Source: Utricularia gibba
Lineage: Eukaryota > Plantae > Magnoliophyta
Reading direction: 5' to 3'
Assembly (NCBI GenBank): GCA_002189035.1
Contig: CM007991.1
Coordinates: 2,542,001 to 2,606,000 of the forward strand
Length of the DNA: 64,000 nucleotides
The translations under genes were made by a program, and so were the position numbers. This document shows, piece by piece, positions 28,468 through 41,239 of the stretch; within the stretch, counting starts at the first letter, position 1, and the number at the start of each line of letters is the position of its first letter. Below the pieces are notes generated by a model that made no database searches, was not told the DNA's origin, and worked only from the letters and a program-made list of their open reading frames with translations.

Positions 28468-29025
28468 TCCTGCAAGAAATGAATCATCGGATCATTCACA
28501 GCATATTGGGGAGAATGACGAAAGGGGAAAAAACATCTTACCACCGATTCAGACAATTTCCTAGCATTCTGTTCTTAGACGCGGAATTTATAACCCCTTT
28601 TTCTCCCTCGAGCAAACTACCGACTGTTTTTTCCCCCGAATGTGTTCACTCTGTCAAAACTGCGAATCCAAACTCCGTTCTCCTCACGTTTTAGAGGGAA
28701 GTACAGGCCTTGATCGTCAAACCGGCAATCACCGTCAGCTACGCCTGAGTTGACCAAATCGTCAAGGGTCGAGTGAATATAATTATTTTAAATTATCGAC
28801 ATATAATTTTACATATCAAAAGGTATTATTTATTTATGAAGCGTTTGACTCAAAAAGTCACGTGTTGGCAAAAAAACAGAAGACAGGTAGCCCAGAGGAA
28901 GAAGACGACGATTGGCCGTAACTAAACAACACTGTAGACAGACAGTACACGACGCCTCTCCCATGCCTCAAATGTGCGCTCCGCGCATTTACCCCCACTC
29001 CCTCATCCACAAGCTCGTAGCTGCA

Positions 29026-30584
29026 ATGCCGCGCCCTCCTTCTGCTACTGCTCCCCGGATGCGGCCGTTCACGGGCCTCCGCCAAATCCCATTATTCTTC
29101 CTCATCCTCACTTTGGGCGTGTTTTTCGTCTCGTTGCTTCTGTCTCTCGCTTTTTACCTCTGGCTCATTCGCAGAAGAACTGAGCTCACGGATCTGAAAT
29201 CCCCTTTTCCTGTTCTTCCACAAAGATTCTCTTTTTCAGCTCTCAGGCGCGCAACCGATTCATTTTCTGCTTCTAAACTTCTTGGCCAAGGTGGGTTCGG
29301 GTCAGTTTACAGAGGGGTTCTGGAATCGGGCCAAGAAATCGCGGTGAAGGTGATGAACGAAGGTTCTGTTGAAGGGGAACGTGAGTTTCGCAACGAGCTC
29401 TCGGTTGCGTCTAGTATAGATACCGTGTTTTGCCCGCACATTGTTCGCTTGCTTGGATCTTCATCACACAACAGAAAACAGCGGAAGAAGAGAAAGATAG
29501 CGATTGTTTACGAGCATATGCATAATGGGAGTTTACAGGATGCCCTGTTTGAACGGAAATGTCCTGAATTGATGAATTGGGACAAGAGGTTTGCAATTAT
29601 AACATCTGTTGCAAAGGGTCTCTTTTATCTGCATAACTGCTGCATTCCGCCGGTTATCCATGGAGATATCAAGCCCTCGAACATATTACTGGATCGCGAC
29701 TTTGAAGCTAAAATTGCTGATTTTGGCTTAGCGCAGATACTCACCGGGTCAGAGGAGGATAAGACTGAGATCAATAGGTCGAGAGTGGAGAACAAAGAAA
29801 GTTGTTTTCTGCAGAAGGAGAGTAGTGTTTCTGAGGAAAAATGGAAGCAAGAAAATGTAAATGTAGATGAAATTGGTAAAGTAAAGGAAACGGATAAGTA
29901 CAAGGGTTTGAATGCGCAGAAACAGAGCAGCAGCAGCAAGAAGCCAAGAGAATGGTGGAAAGAAGAGTTCTGTGATGAGTTATCAAGAAAAAAGAACGAC
30001 GAGTCTCTCAAGGACAATAATGAAGAATGTAAGCGGAAGAGCTGGAGCCGAGGCCGGAGGAGCATCGACCGTTGGCTGGAAAGTAAAAGAAAAAGCAGCC
30101 AAGAGGAGGCTGATGGCAATGAGTGCACTACTAGCATTGCAACGGCCCGAGGAACGGTATGCTACATTGCTCCTGAATTCAGCTGCGGTGGTCCAGCAAC
30201 AGACAAGTGCGATGTTTACAACTTCGGAGTTCTCGTTCTGGTAGTGGTCTCAGGGAGAAGACCATTGCAAGTAACAGGAGGATTAGGCTCAGCGGCGATG
30301 TCCGAATTCGAGAAAGCAAATCTGATCTCATGGTCTAAGCAGCTTGCAAGCAATGGGAGACTGTTGAATCTGACGGATCCGCAGATTGAGTTGTTGAAAC
30401 GAGACGAGGCAGTCTTATGCCTCACAATAGCACTTCTTTGCTTGCAAAGGTCGCCGGAGAAACGGCCCACAATGAAGGAGATCGTGGGGATGCTTGGTGG
30501 GAAGTCGGAGCCCCCCAGCTTCCTCTAGAGTTCTCGCCATCGCCGCCGCCGGGATTCCCCTTCACGCACCGGCACCATCCATGA
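29026..30584 (+). CDS. Intronless receptor-like Ser/Thr kinase, At2g45590/At4g25390 family; apparent 1-nt frameshift at 30511-30516
   Basis: N-terminal TM; GQGGFGSVY; AVK; HGDIKPSN; DFG; RGTVCYIAPE; SGRRPLQV. The family tail EFSPSPPPGFPF lies in the next frame and ends at 30584. Confidence 0.9.
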
Positions 30585-30858
30585 AGCGTCCGTAAATGAT
30601 AAATCTCAACGTGTGTTTAATAGCTGGGCTTCTATTGGGCTATGTTGCAGGCCGTGAAGGCCCAATATAAAGCCCAATAAGTAACTGCGCCTCCATCCAG
30701 TTAGTGATTCTAATTTCACTATTATTAATAATATAAATTGGTATTTCAAATAATGCACAAAAATAAAATACTAAATTAGGTTAGACGGAAAACGAAATTC
30801 CAAGAGACGAAGATAAACAAGGTCTTCATGTTCAGAGCGAAAGTGTACAAAAAAGCTG

Positions 30859-32153
30859 CTAAAGCAGAGCATGGCGAACCCTCTCCTTCTCTTCCGTGAA
30901 TCCGACGAGCAAATCAATCTCGACTCCGGTGATTGCCACGGGGCAGTTGCCGTCGGCATCCTCGGCTCATCCTGCGGTTCCCCTTGCAGCTTTGTATCCG
31001 GCGCATGCAGCATGAACCAGTGTTATTCACATGACTGTGATGTATGAATAAGCTGGGGATAAACCAAGAGTTCTGTGTGTGTGTGTTCACCTTCTCACGC
31101 AATCTGGCGTTTTCAGCAGCTAGGGCTTTTTCCTGGATGTTTGAATGGTGTAAGTTGAAGATCACCAGTGCATGTAGACAATATGATAATGTATCTATCA
31201 TTGTGATGTAAACGAACCTCTGCTTTCAGGTGCTCCGTTTTCTGCTTCCGCAGTTGCATCTAACACCAGAAGGGGTTTAGCTAACACGATGATCCTTTCA
31301 TAAGCTTAACTATTTTAACACATCAAATGCATCTTTTTCTTTCCACCCAGTATACCTTTCTCTTACGAATCCTTCGCAGACTGCTCTCGAGCTGCTTTTC
31401 GATCTGATGCAGTTCTTCAGTAGTACATGTACCTATATTTTCCCCAAGTAGTTTCCTGGAGACAACAGAATACAATTTCCATAGCCTTTTGGATGATGCA
31501 AACCATGTAGCGTAGTGTAGTGCCTACCTTTCTGAGGTTTCGAGTTGCTGTATTTTTTGGATCAATCGCGTCGGATCAGGTTTTGGCTGCTGCACATAAA
31601 CCAGATGAAGCACAGAGTGGAGGAAGCAGCGAGCTTGACGAGATTAGAAGTACCTGGTGATCTATGCCTATCTGTGCCAGTGGATCCGCTGATCGCCTCA
31701 GCTTCTCATGCTTCTCGTAGCGATCAATCATCTCCAGCATGCTGAGAAAGCATCATCATAAGTAGTAAAAGCAATATAACTGTTCCATGTTCGCTTTGTG
31801 AAAACACCACATGTCATCATCTACTCTCTGCTTTCATTTGAGAAAAAAGACAATCAAACTGCACAGGGGATCTTGGCGTATGGGAAGTTCAGGCTACAGA
31901 GCGAAGTATACAATTGAAAAACGTTCAATACTCTGGGGATCAGAATACAGAGATGAACAATTTTCCGTTACCAGGAGCTGGAGAACTCGAAAAGCTTGCC
32001 CCCAGCAGAGAAGATGATGAGGGCGACTCGCGCGTCGCACAAAACTGAGAGCTCGAAAGCCTTCTTGAGGAGCCCGTTCCTTCTCTTGACGAAGGTAACT
32101 TGTCTGCTTGCAGTGTTCTCTATCAGCTTCATCTCCGTCTTTCTTCTCACCAT
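30859..32153 (-). CDS. MIKC MADS-box factor, SOC1/TM3 clade; last exon acceptor and frame uncertain
   Basis: [41 protein letters not shown]; K-box exons ([30 protein letters not shown]; [14 protein letters not shown]); SOC1-like terminal motif VEIDLLVG. Confidence 0.85.
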
Positions 32154-32425
32154 TTTTTCGCCCCAGAACCGCACGCAGAATCAGACGATTCTTGTTTTCA
32201 AGTAGGTACACCGAAGCTGGCGTTGTAGTTGAAGAACACAACACAATAAAAAGTTGTGAAAACGACAGTTTTTTTTATACAAAAATTATATTAACATTTT
32301 TACTTGTAATTATTAATTAAATAGACCGTACGAGACTGAAACCTTTGTAACCCCAAACCGGAGATAAATATTAATTAATAATGAGATAAGAATATTTACT
32401 GAACTAGAAATAAATAATTAACTTT

Positions 32426-32449
32426 TATTATTATTATTATTATTATTAC

Positions 32450-32486
<37 letters not shown>
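32426..32486. repeat. (ATT)n microsatellite, about 20 units, one interruption
   Basis: Directly visible tandem ATT/TAT run. Confidence 0.95.
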
Positions 32487-33578
32487 GTTATATAGCATTA
32501 GTTTCGGCCCTGTCGGAGGCCCTGTTTTGCTGACGTTTTTTGGGCTACCTGCGCGGTCCGGTGCCGGGTCTACAAAAAGATTCATTTTATTTTATTTTTT
32601 ATAGATATTTGTAAGTTTTATAATATAAAATCACTAATAAAATATTGTTCACCGAAACATACACCAAATAAAATTTCATAATAAAATTCTGAAATACCTT
32701 GTTAATTTTGTATGAGATATTTTTATAAAAAAATAGAATAAAAAAAGAAGGTTAGATGACCATGACTATGAATCCCTCGTTGAAACAATTCATACCTTTT
32801 TTTTATTCATTTAAATACTGTATTAAAAAAATAGAAGAAACTGCAACTAAAAAATCATACCCAATCTATTTTCTCACAACATGGAACTGCGGCGGTGGCC
32901 GGTTGTCAAAAATGCCATTTGTTGGGTATCCAGTTCCAATAATTGTGGTAATTATACGACTGGTCGCTATTTGTTTTTTTATTATTATTTTATTTGGAAA
33001 AGGACAGAGCATCATGCCTAGTAAATGCCATTCCGGACTCCATGAGCAATAATTATCCACGAATAATAATAAAAAAATAGAAAAAAAGAAACTACTCGAC
33101 TTCATTATTTCCATTTTTAAACATCGTATTATAATATAATTACGGAAAATGAGTAAAAAAAATGTCGAAAAGCAGTTGAATTAGTTTGTGGGACCCACGA
33201 GGTAACTGCATTTTGTTAAAATTTACGATCACGTGGTAGGGCGCGTTGCTCACATGGTCACCAGGTTTTTTTTTAATTGAATCTGGCACGAATTTCCTGT
33301 TTTTCGCGTGTAAAAAGAAATAAATAATTTCAACGAAATATCGTAATTGAGGTGCCGGAGGTTTTTCTTAGAATATTGAATAAAAAATAGTATTCCTCTG
33401 TGGTAAAACGACATTTGAATTATTTTATGAATATTATAATACTATATTCATTATTAAATTGTGGCTTCGTACTGAGGACAGCTAATCCCGTCATGGCATG
33501 CCTGCAGTGACGCAGCCCCAATATAAAAACACCCCAAATAGAAACAGTCAATGAGCTCCTATCTCTGTTTATACTGCT

Positions 33579-33622
33579 GGTTCCGGTTTCGGTTTCAAAT
33601 TTCGGAAAACCGAACCGGAACC
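33579..33622. repeat. Short AACCG-rich inverted repeat (possible MITE/hAT subterminal relic)
   Basis: ggttccggtttcggtttc and gaaaaccgaaccggaacc are near-perfect reverse complements around an 8-nt loop. No TSD or transposase seen. Confidence 0.4.
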
Positions 33623-34597
33623 AACAACCTCCATGCGGTCCGGATTCAAAACCTTGAGTCGAAGCTAATGAGTAAAATGATAATATTTTATGTTTTATTA
33701 TATAAATTAAATAAAAAAGATGGCATTTAAAATTTTTTAAACCTTTTTTATAATTTAAAAATAGTTACTGATAAAAAAAAAACATTATCGTCACTTGGTG
33801 AGAAAAAGGGCTGCTACTTGGGGCTTGGAACATATTCCTATTGGGGCGATGTGTGTCATGTGGCCCATGTTTGACTATTTAAGCTCAATAAGCAATGTGA
33901 GGATAATAGGTTTACATATGTTGTTCAAACCAAAGAAGAGTTGGAAGGCCCACTGTGCTGAATAGAAATACTAGTAGGCCCACTAACGTATGCTGGCAGC
34001 ATGAAAACGGAAGCTCAAGTTGGGCCCATTATATGTAACCTAAGCCCGCCTTCGGTCTTCAAAAGTTTCGGAACGTGAACTTGGGATTGAACTGCTGGCG
34101 GAATTTTCTGGCCATTTCTTGCCGCAGAAGAATCTGAAACTGTATGTATGATCTCTGCACCGTTGGTTTGTTTGTATTTTATTATTTTTCTACATCAGCT
34201 ACTGGCTTAGGGTTTCAATTTTTTTCTCTGCTTTTATAGTTTTTCAGGGATTACGTATTTTCATTTCGGAGAATTTGTCGAAGTTTTTTGTGTTTTCTTA
34301 TGTTTCTGGTCGTGGATCTCATAGATCTAGGATTCTTTGAGTTATTTTGCGTAGCGTTGCAACGAGAGGTGGTGTAGTTGCTTTGTCGTGGTAAGCCGTC
34401 AGATCTGTCAGGTTGAATGATTCTTTAGTTAATTTTTTGTTGGAGTAACGTTCAGCTTATATAGCATGCATTTCCTTTTTCTTTGTAAAAATATTTAAGG
34501 AAAGGGCAGGATTTTACATCGTCTATTTTCAGCTGGAATCATGCTCGTGGAAACCTGAAGATAAGGTTTGAATTATTTACTCGATTGTTTCAGGATC

Positions 34598-36845
34598 ATG
34601 AAGTCAATCTTTTGTGGGAATCTAGAATTTGACGCCCGTCAGTCTGACGTAGAACACCTGTTCAAAAGATATGGGAAGGTTGACAGGGTTGACATGAAAT
34701 CTGGTATATTTTCCCTTCGTGTTTGCTTAATCATATTTTCAAGTCGGTGCAATTAATATTTTTCTGAGCGGATCTTCCTTCTAGTAAATGCCTTTGTACT
34801 GAGTTTTTTAACTGCTATATTTTGTAACCAACCGGGAAATGTATCTTGCTCGTTGAAGGGTTTGGTGACTGGAATCAAACCATAGATTGCAACTTTTTTG
34901 TAACTAGCGTCAATCTTTGCATTCGTCTGGGAGTGCAGCGTTTTAATGCCACATGTCTCATTCTCGCTGTCTTGCCTGTGGACTATTGAGAGGCGTGGCC
35001 ATTTATTCGAGATTGAAAAAACATCAACTGCCGAAACTCAAGTATTTGGTATCCTGCACCTGAAGCCGATGCTTTGGGGATCAAGTTAATGAGTTAATTT
35101 TTGCATGCCTTGTCCGAGCATTGTCAATTGAGGCGGAGGTTCATGATAACATTTTCATTATTTATTTTCAATGGCTTTTCAATAAAGCCGCTGATTTTTA
35201 TCAAATGGATATTATCCATTTGAATATCTAGTAAAGTATTTGTACATGTTACTTCCCAGAGAATCACTTTTTATGAAGTCGGACCCCAAGGCTCAATAGT
35301 TTCTTTGGCGCAGGATACTTGGATATACCATGATCTTCCTCGATGGATGGTCCTCAGCATTTATTTTCTGGCATGTCCCCAAGATACATGTTCATGTGTT
35401 TGTTCGAAAGACCCAATATGATCTGCCATGGCCCCACCACCTCACAATTTCCTGAGACCATTGCCTTTTGCATTCCTCATGACTTTGCTCAGTCTTCAAT
35501 TTCCGACATGTTTCAACATAGATATCATGTTCATTCCGGATCCAGTGGCAGGTGTTGTGTTTCCTTCATATAGATTTTTCGTTACCCCTCGCTCATGTTG
35601 TGCAGGAATTTTGGGACATTGTAGCTTGACTAAACGTGGATACTAGGCCTTTATTGGAGAGATTTTAACAATATATATATATGTTCATATGCTAGCTTTT
35701 CACTTGATTGAATGTTCTATTTGACACGTCTGCAATGCAGGGTTTGCATTTGTTTACATGGAGGATGAGCGGGATGCTGACTATGCAATACGGAAACTTG
35801 ATAGGACAGAGTTTGGCAGGAAGGGGCGGAGGCTGCGTGTTGAGTGGACTAAGGTATGCGGATCTTAAAGCTTTGTTCATCACTTTCAAGACAATCGAGA
35901 TGATCCCTCTCTTCACACGCATATCTAGCTACTCTACGTTACATACAGCTTGAGCATTGTTGAGATTATTTTCCAGCAAGAGCGTGGCGGAAGGAGGCCT
36001 GATAGCTCAAGAAGATCTTCTGCATCCAGCGCAAAACCTTCCAAGACTTTGTTTGTCATTAACTTTGATCCTATTAATACAAGAACCAGGGACATTGAGA
36101 GGCACTTTGAACAGTATGGTAAAATTGCGAATGTCCGGATAAGGAGGAACTTTGCATTTGTTCAGTATGACCTGCAGGAAGATGCAACCCGTGCTCTAGA
36201 GGCCACCAACATGAGGTATGCTTTATTAAATTGTTTCTTATCTGAGAATCTTTTACACTTTGAAGCCAGATTTACTGGCGCTTCCTTTCTCAAGATCTCC
36301 CTTCACTCTGATGATATGATATCACTTTATGTTGTAGTAAGTTGATGGACCGGGTTATTTCTGTTGAGTACGCGATCCGAGACGATGAAGACAGGAGAAA
36401 TGGATACAGCCCTGACAGAAGAGGCCGCGATGGTTCACCTGATGCCCGAGGCTATGGCCGTGGTCGCTCCCCAAGTCCGTATCGCCGTGACAGGGGTAGC
36501 CCTGATTATGCTCGTGGGTCTGTTCCGAATCCACGTAATGATCACAGGGATAGCCCTGATTACGGCCGTGAACCCGTGCCAAACTCTAGGTCTGGACGCA
36601 GGGATAGCCCTGACTATGCCCGAGACGAAAGCCCTGTCGAGGAAAGATATGGCAGGTAACCACTGAAGTATCTCCCCCATACACTCACCCCTGCTGCACG
36701 TGTGGGTCACAAATGACCATTCATCTATCGAATAATCTGTTCTCTGATTTGCAGCCGCAGCCGCAGCCGCAGCCGTAGCCCCAGTCGCAGTCGCAGCCAT
36801 AGCCGAAGCCGCAGCAGGTCTCCTCCCCTTGACAACTCCCGCTAG
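34598..36845 (+). CDS. RS40: Plant RS-subfamily SR splicing factor with two RRMs, RS40/RS41-like
   Basis: [15 protein letters not shown]...[18 protein letters not shown]; [11 protein letters not shown]; NFAFVQY; repeated SPDY motifs; terminal RS tract; about 1 kb intron after the first coding exon. Confidence 0.9.
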
Positions 36846-37319
36846 AAGTTGTTAAAGGCGTTTGTCGCATTCTCTAGAAGTCAGCGTTAAGAAGACGTGT
36901 CTGTTGAACACCAGGTGGAAGTGAATTAGAATTGTATCAGTTGGTGACGCTTGATGCCCGAACAGCCCATGTACCGCCATTTCCTTTACCAAACCATGCA
37001 GCTCCATAAGCTTTGCTTGTCGCGGTTATGCAGCAAATTTTGAACCGGAAATCGAATCGGGCCGGTTCATAAAATCAATACGGTACTCCTCGCCGGTTGT
37101 ACGGTGGCTGCCTACCCCATTGATGACGAAAGTGAAACAGAAAAAGACCGCCGGCAGATTCTGCTGTGGTTCTGCGTGTTAGGAATTAAGGAGTATGCAC
37201 TCTCAAGCAATGAGCACTTCACTTCCTCAGCGCTTAACACCCCCGTACGCGCTTCCCTCAGTTTGGTGGATGAGATCATCGTCAAGTCCGTATTTTGAGT
37301 TAGTGGAAACAGCAGCAAC

Positions 37320-39952
37320 ATGGGTCTGTTGCATCTTCCATCCTCCAAGAACCGCCACTCGCGGCAACTCCGGTTACTGGACTTGGTTACCGCGGCCATC
37401 TTTGGCGGGGTTCTGATCTTCTTTCTTTTAATTTTCACCAAGTTGGGTGACTCATGGGCGGACGCGGGTCGGCGGACGCTGCTGCGCTCCGATCCGAGGC
37501 AGCGGTGGAAATTGGTTTCGGAGATATTAGTGGGCGGAAGGGTTCCGGATATCGATGTTTGCCCTGCGGAAATGGTGGATCATTTGCCTTGTGAGGATCC
37601 CACAATTAGTAGCCAGCTAAGTAGAGATATGAACTATTATAGGGAGAGGCATTGTCCCCCAAGTGAGGATAAACCGCTTTGCTTGATCCCACCTCCAGAA
37701 GGGTACCAGATTCCGGTGCAGTGGCCCGAAAGTTTACATAAGGTGATGAAATGCATTTTTTTCTTCTAACAGAGTCATCTATGATTCTGTTGAAGTCAAC
37801 ATTCTGTCTTGCATCTCCTATCCGCTAAATAACTCTCTGTGGTGAATTGTGTTTCGCGCAGCTGTTTTAAAGCGCGAATTTTTCTTCTAAAAGTTTGTGG
37901 CGGGGGTGCATCTGCTGGTTTTATTTTTTGGGAACCTTGAATTTATGTGTTTGTTGGGATGTTCATAGTAAATTTTCTGTTGCAGCTCTTATTTTCCCTA
38001 TTTTCAGCTTTTCTCACTAATCTGTTGTAGAACATTTGTTTTTGTCACATATTCTTTATCTGAGTTACTTTTGGTGGCAGATATGGCATGATAACATGCC
38101 TTACAACAAGATAGCCGATAGGAAAGGTCATCAAGGATGGATGAAAGAAAAAGGTTCTTTTTTCTTATTTCCGGGTGGTGGCACGATGTTCCCTGGTGGA
38201 GCGCTTCAATACATAGAAAAACTTAAGCAGTATATTCCAATTGCCGGAGGAACTTTGAGGACAGCTCTAGACATGGGATGTGGTGTAAGAATGCCTCTTT
38301 TAATCTTTTAGCTTTTTCTGATGATGAGAGATAGCTCTACACAATCTGAGTGGCTGCTCTTTCTGTAGGTCGCTAGTTTTGGTGGATACATGCTGAATGA
38401 AAAAATTTTAACTCTTTCATTTGCTCCAAGAGATTCTCACAAGGCGCAGATACAGTTTGCTCTTGAACGAGGAATACCAGCTTTTGTTGCCATGCTTGGC
38501 ACTCGTGCACTTCCTTTTCCTGCATACTCCTTCGATTTGGTGCATTGTTCTCGGTGTTTGATTCCATTCACTGCATACAGTAAGTCCTGGTCACTTTCAT
38601 GGATCATGTTCTTTAAAGTCGTCTAAACCTTGTTTCTAAGATGAAGTCTTTTTCATTTCTAGATTCAACGTACTTTCTAGAGGTTGACCGCTTGCTTCGT
38701 CCTGGAGGCTTCTTAGTCATATCTGGGCCTCCTGTGCAGTGGCCAAAACACGATAAGGAATGGTCTGATCTGCAGGCTGTGGCAAGATCATTGTGTTATG
38801 ATCTCATTGCTGTAGATGGAAACACAGCAATTTGGAAAAAGCCTGTTTCCGCTTCATGCATTGCTAATCAAAATGAACTTGGAATTGAATTTTGCGACGA
38901 ATCTGATGACCCTAACGTCGCTTGGTAAAATACTTTCCCACACTATTTTTTTGTGCAGTTTACAAGAGCTTCTTTCTTTTCTACTCTGGCTTGGTTCTTT
39001 TAAAGATCAAATCATATCGTTGCTTCATCTATGCATGAGAAGGAGAGGTTTAGAATGCATTCCCTTTCATTTGGCTGATTGGCATCAACGGTGTGAGTCT
39101 GCAGGTACACCAAGTTGAGAAAATGTGCCACCAGGACAAGTTCGGTTAAAGGAACATATGCTGTTGGTGCAATCCCCAAGTGGCCTGAGAGGTTGATGAC
39201 TGCTCCTTCTAGAGGAAGCTTGATAAAATTAGGAAACAAGGTGTTTGAAGAAGACAACAGGAGATGGAAGAGGAAGGTCGCTTACTACAAGAATTCACTC
39301 GACATAAAATTGGGAAGTTCATCAATTCGAAACGTCATGGATATGAACGCATTCTTTGGGGGCTTTGCAGCCGCACTAGGTTCTGATCCAGTTTGGGTTA
39401 TGAATGTTGTACCCCCTCACAAGCCTTCATCTCTTGACATAATCTTTGATCGTGGGCTTATTGGTGTTTACCATGACTGGTTAGTGAACAAGCCATTTAA
39501 CAGAAGCATCTTTCTACACATTGAACTCTCATGTCTCATTGATCCTTGGCTGATTCTTGACACAGGTGTGAGCCTTTTTCTACATATCCTCGTACGTATG
39601 ATCTAATACACGTATCCTCCATCGGATCACTTGGCAGTGATTCAGAGTCTAGGACAAACAGGTATAGCTGTAACTGGCACGACTTCATTCCATGAAGGCA
39701 TTGGTTACCAAGACAGCTAGCTCTGTCATTTGCAGGTGTAACCTGGTAGATTTAATGGTGGAAATGGACAGAATTTTGCGGCCTGGAGGAACGGTGATCA
39801 TCCGAGATGTGCCCTCCATCATCTTGAAAGTGGAGCGCATTGCTCGAGCGCTGCGATGGAAATCCTCTACACACAAGTCCGAAGCAGAACCATATGGGAT
39901 GGAGAAAATCCTTGTAGCAACCAAGATCTTGCGGAAGCTCCCTTCCTTGTGA
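37320..39952 (+). CDS. QUA3: Probable pectin methyltransferase PMT13/QUA3-like (DUF248)
   Basis: [16 protein letters not shown]; [21 protein letters not shown]; [15 protein letters not shown]; FDLVHCSRC; [17 protein letters not shown]; [10 protein letters not shown]. Confidence 0.92.
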
Positions 39953-41239
39953 GCCTCCTTGAAAGAGCTTCTTCAAGATGCTATCGCTAGGCAAGTGAAG
40001 GTTGAATACATTATATTATTCATGTAGCGCTACTATCTAGAATGAAACTATATTATTGTCGTGTCTGCAGCTCACTCATGTGATGCTTCTTTTGGAATGA
40101 AGGTGAACTGTACGCCTCCATGTTATTTTATGATAGAGAATGAATTTGTGGATGAGAAGAGAAGGGAAAGAGAACAAATCAACATCAGCCTGAGACTAGA
40201 CATGAAACTCATTTGTATGCCATGGAAGAAGATAAGGACTCATAAATGAGAACCAGCTTGCACATTACTCGAAAGGCTAGTGGTCCATACTCCATTTTCC
40301 CATTTCTAGATCTCACTACATTCTACCTACACCTCCTTGAATCATTTTCGGAGTTACAGTACTGAAGAACAAAACAAGCTTAGATCCATTGTTTCTTACC
40401 CCGGGTTGTCTTGTGTATTATGTCTAATTTTCTTTACTACATGAAAACTAGTGATGGGAAAGAAAAGGAAATTTCATTTTTATATGCCCTGGCTACGTGG
40501 AGATGGAAGTAACAGAGCATCTGAACAAGATGACAGAGCGAATCAACGGTCTCTAGCTTTCTTGTGTGGAGACTTGGGTGAAAAAGTCAACTTGTTCGGA
40601 AGTCACATGGGGAAAGTGAGAAAGCGGAGGATTTTCATGGGGGTGGAAAAAGAAGAGAGTTTTAGGTTGAAAACTTGAGACTTCACTGCACACAGCATCT
40701 GTATGTGTGGTGTGCGAAAATGTGGAGTCAAATCGTTCCTGCTTTTCTGTTTGGACGGATCCGCTGGCTTCCATGGCACCAGATGATATCATCGCCCCCT
40801 GTTTTTGTTGTCTTCCTCCCTCACTCTCTCTCCCCATCTTGATTCTCTTGTATTTCATCGGATTGAGTTGAACCTTTCCCGAGTCAATCATGCAGATACG
40901 AGGCGCAAAAAAGAGCTTTTTCCATCTTCTGGGCTCTCTTTTTCTCGTTGCCCCAATGCAAAAAGATTGTGCTTCTTAGCAGCCCTCTACTGGATTCTCT
41001 TCTTCAGTCATCGGATTTGGGACTGTGTGCAGCATTTCTGTTGTTGCTTATCTAATAGTTCATGGTTTTCTGTTTCTGCTTCTGCTGGTTTGCTGTATGA
41101 ATTATTGAACTTGAGGTGAGCTTTAATGGTGTCACTGAGTCAAAGTCACTGCAACTCTCACTTTTTGGAAGTCGTAGATTTGGTGGGCGAACATTAGAAG
41201 AAGAATTTAAGGCGTAGAGGAAAAAAGTGAAACAGTTTG

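Noticed and set aside
29625-30137. Long antisense ORFs over the kinase and over many other genes in the track
   Set aside because: Shadow frames of real coding exons with no independent motifs.
32756-33114. Two overlapping ORFs in the SOC1-like/RS40 spacer
   Set aside because: Very AT-rich, low-complexity translations with no recognisable motif; likely chance ORFs.
40451-40891. ORFs upstream of the HD-ZIP IV gene as conserved-peptide uORFs
   Set aside because: No known CPuORF motif; the sequence is GA/CT-rich leader or promoter, and one ORF is antisense.
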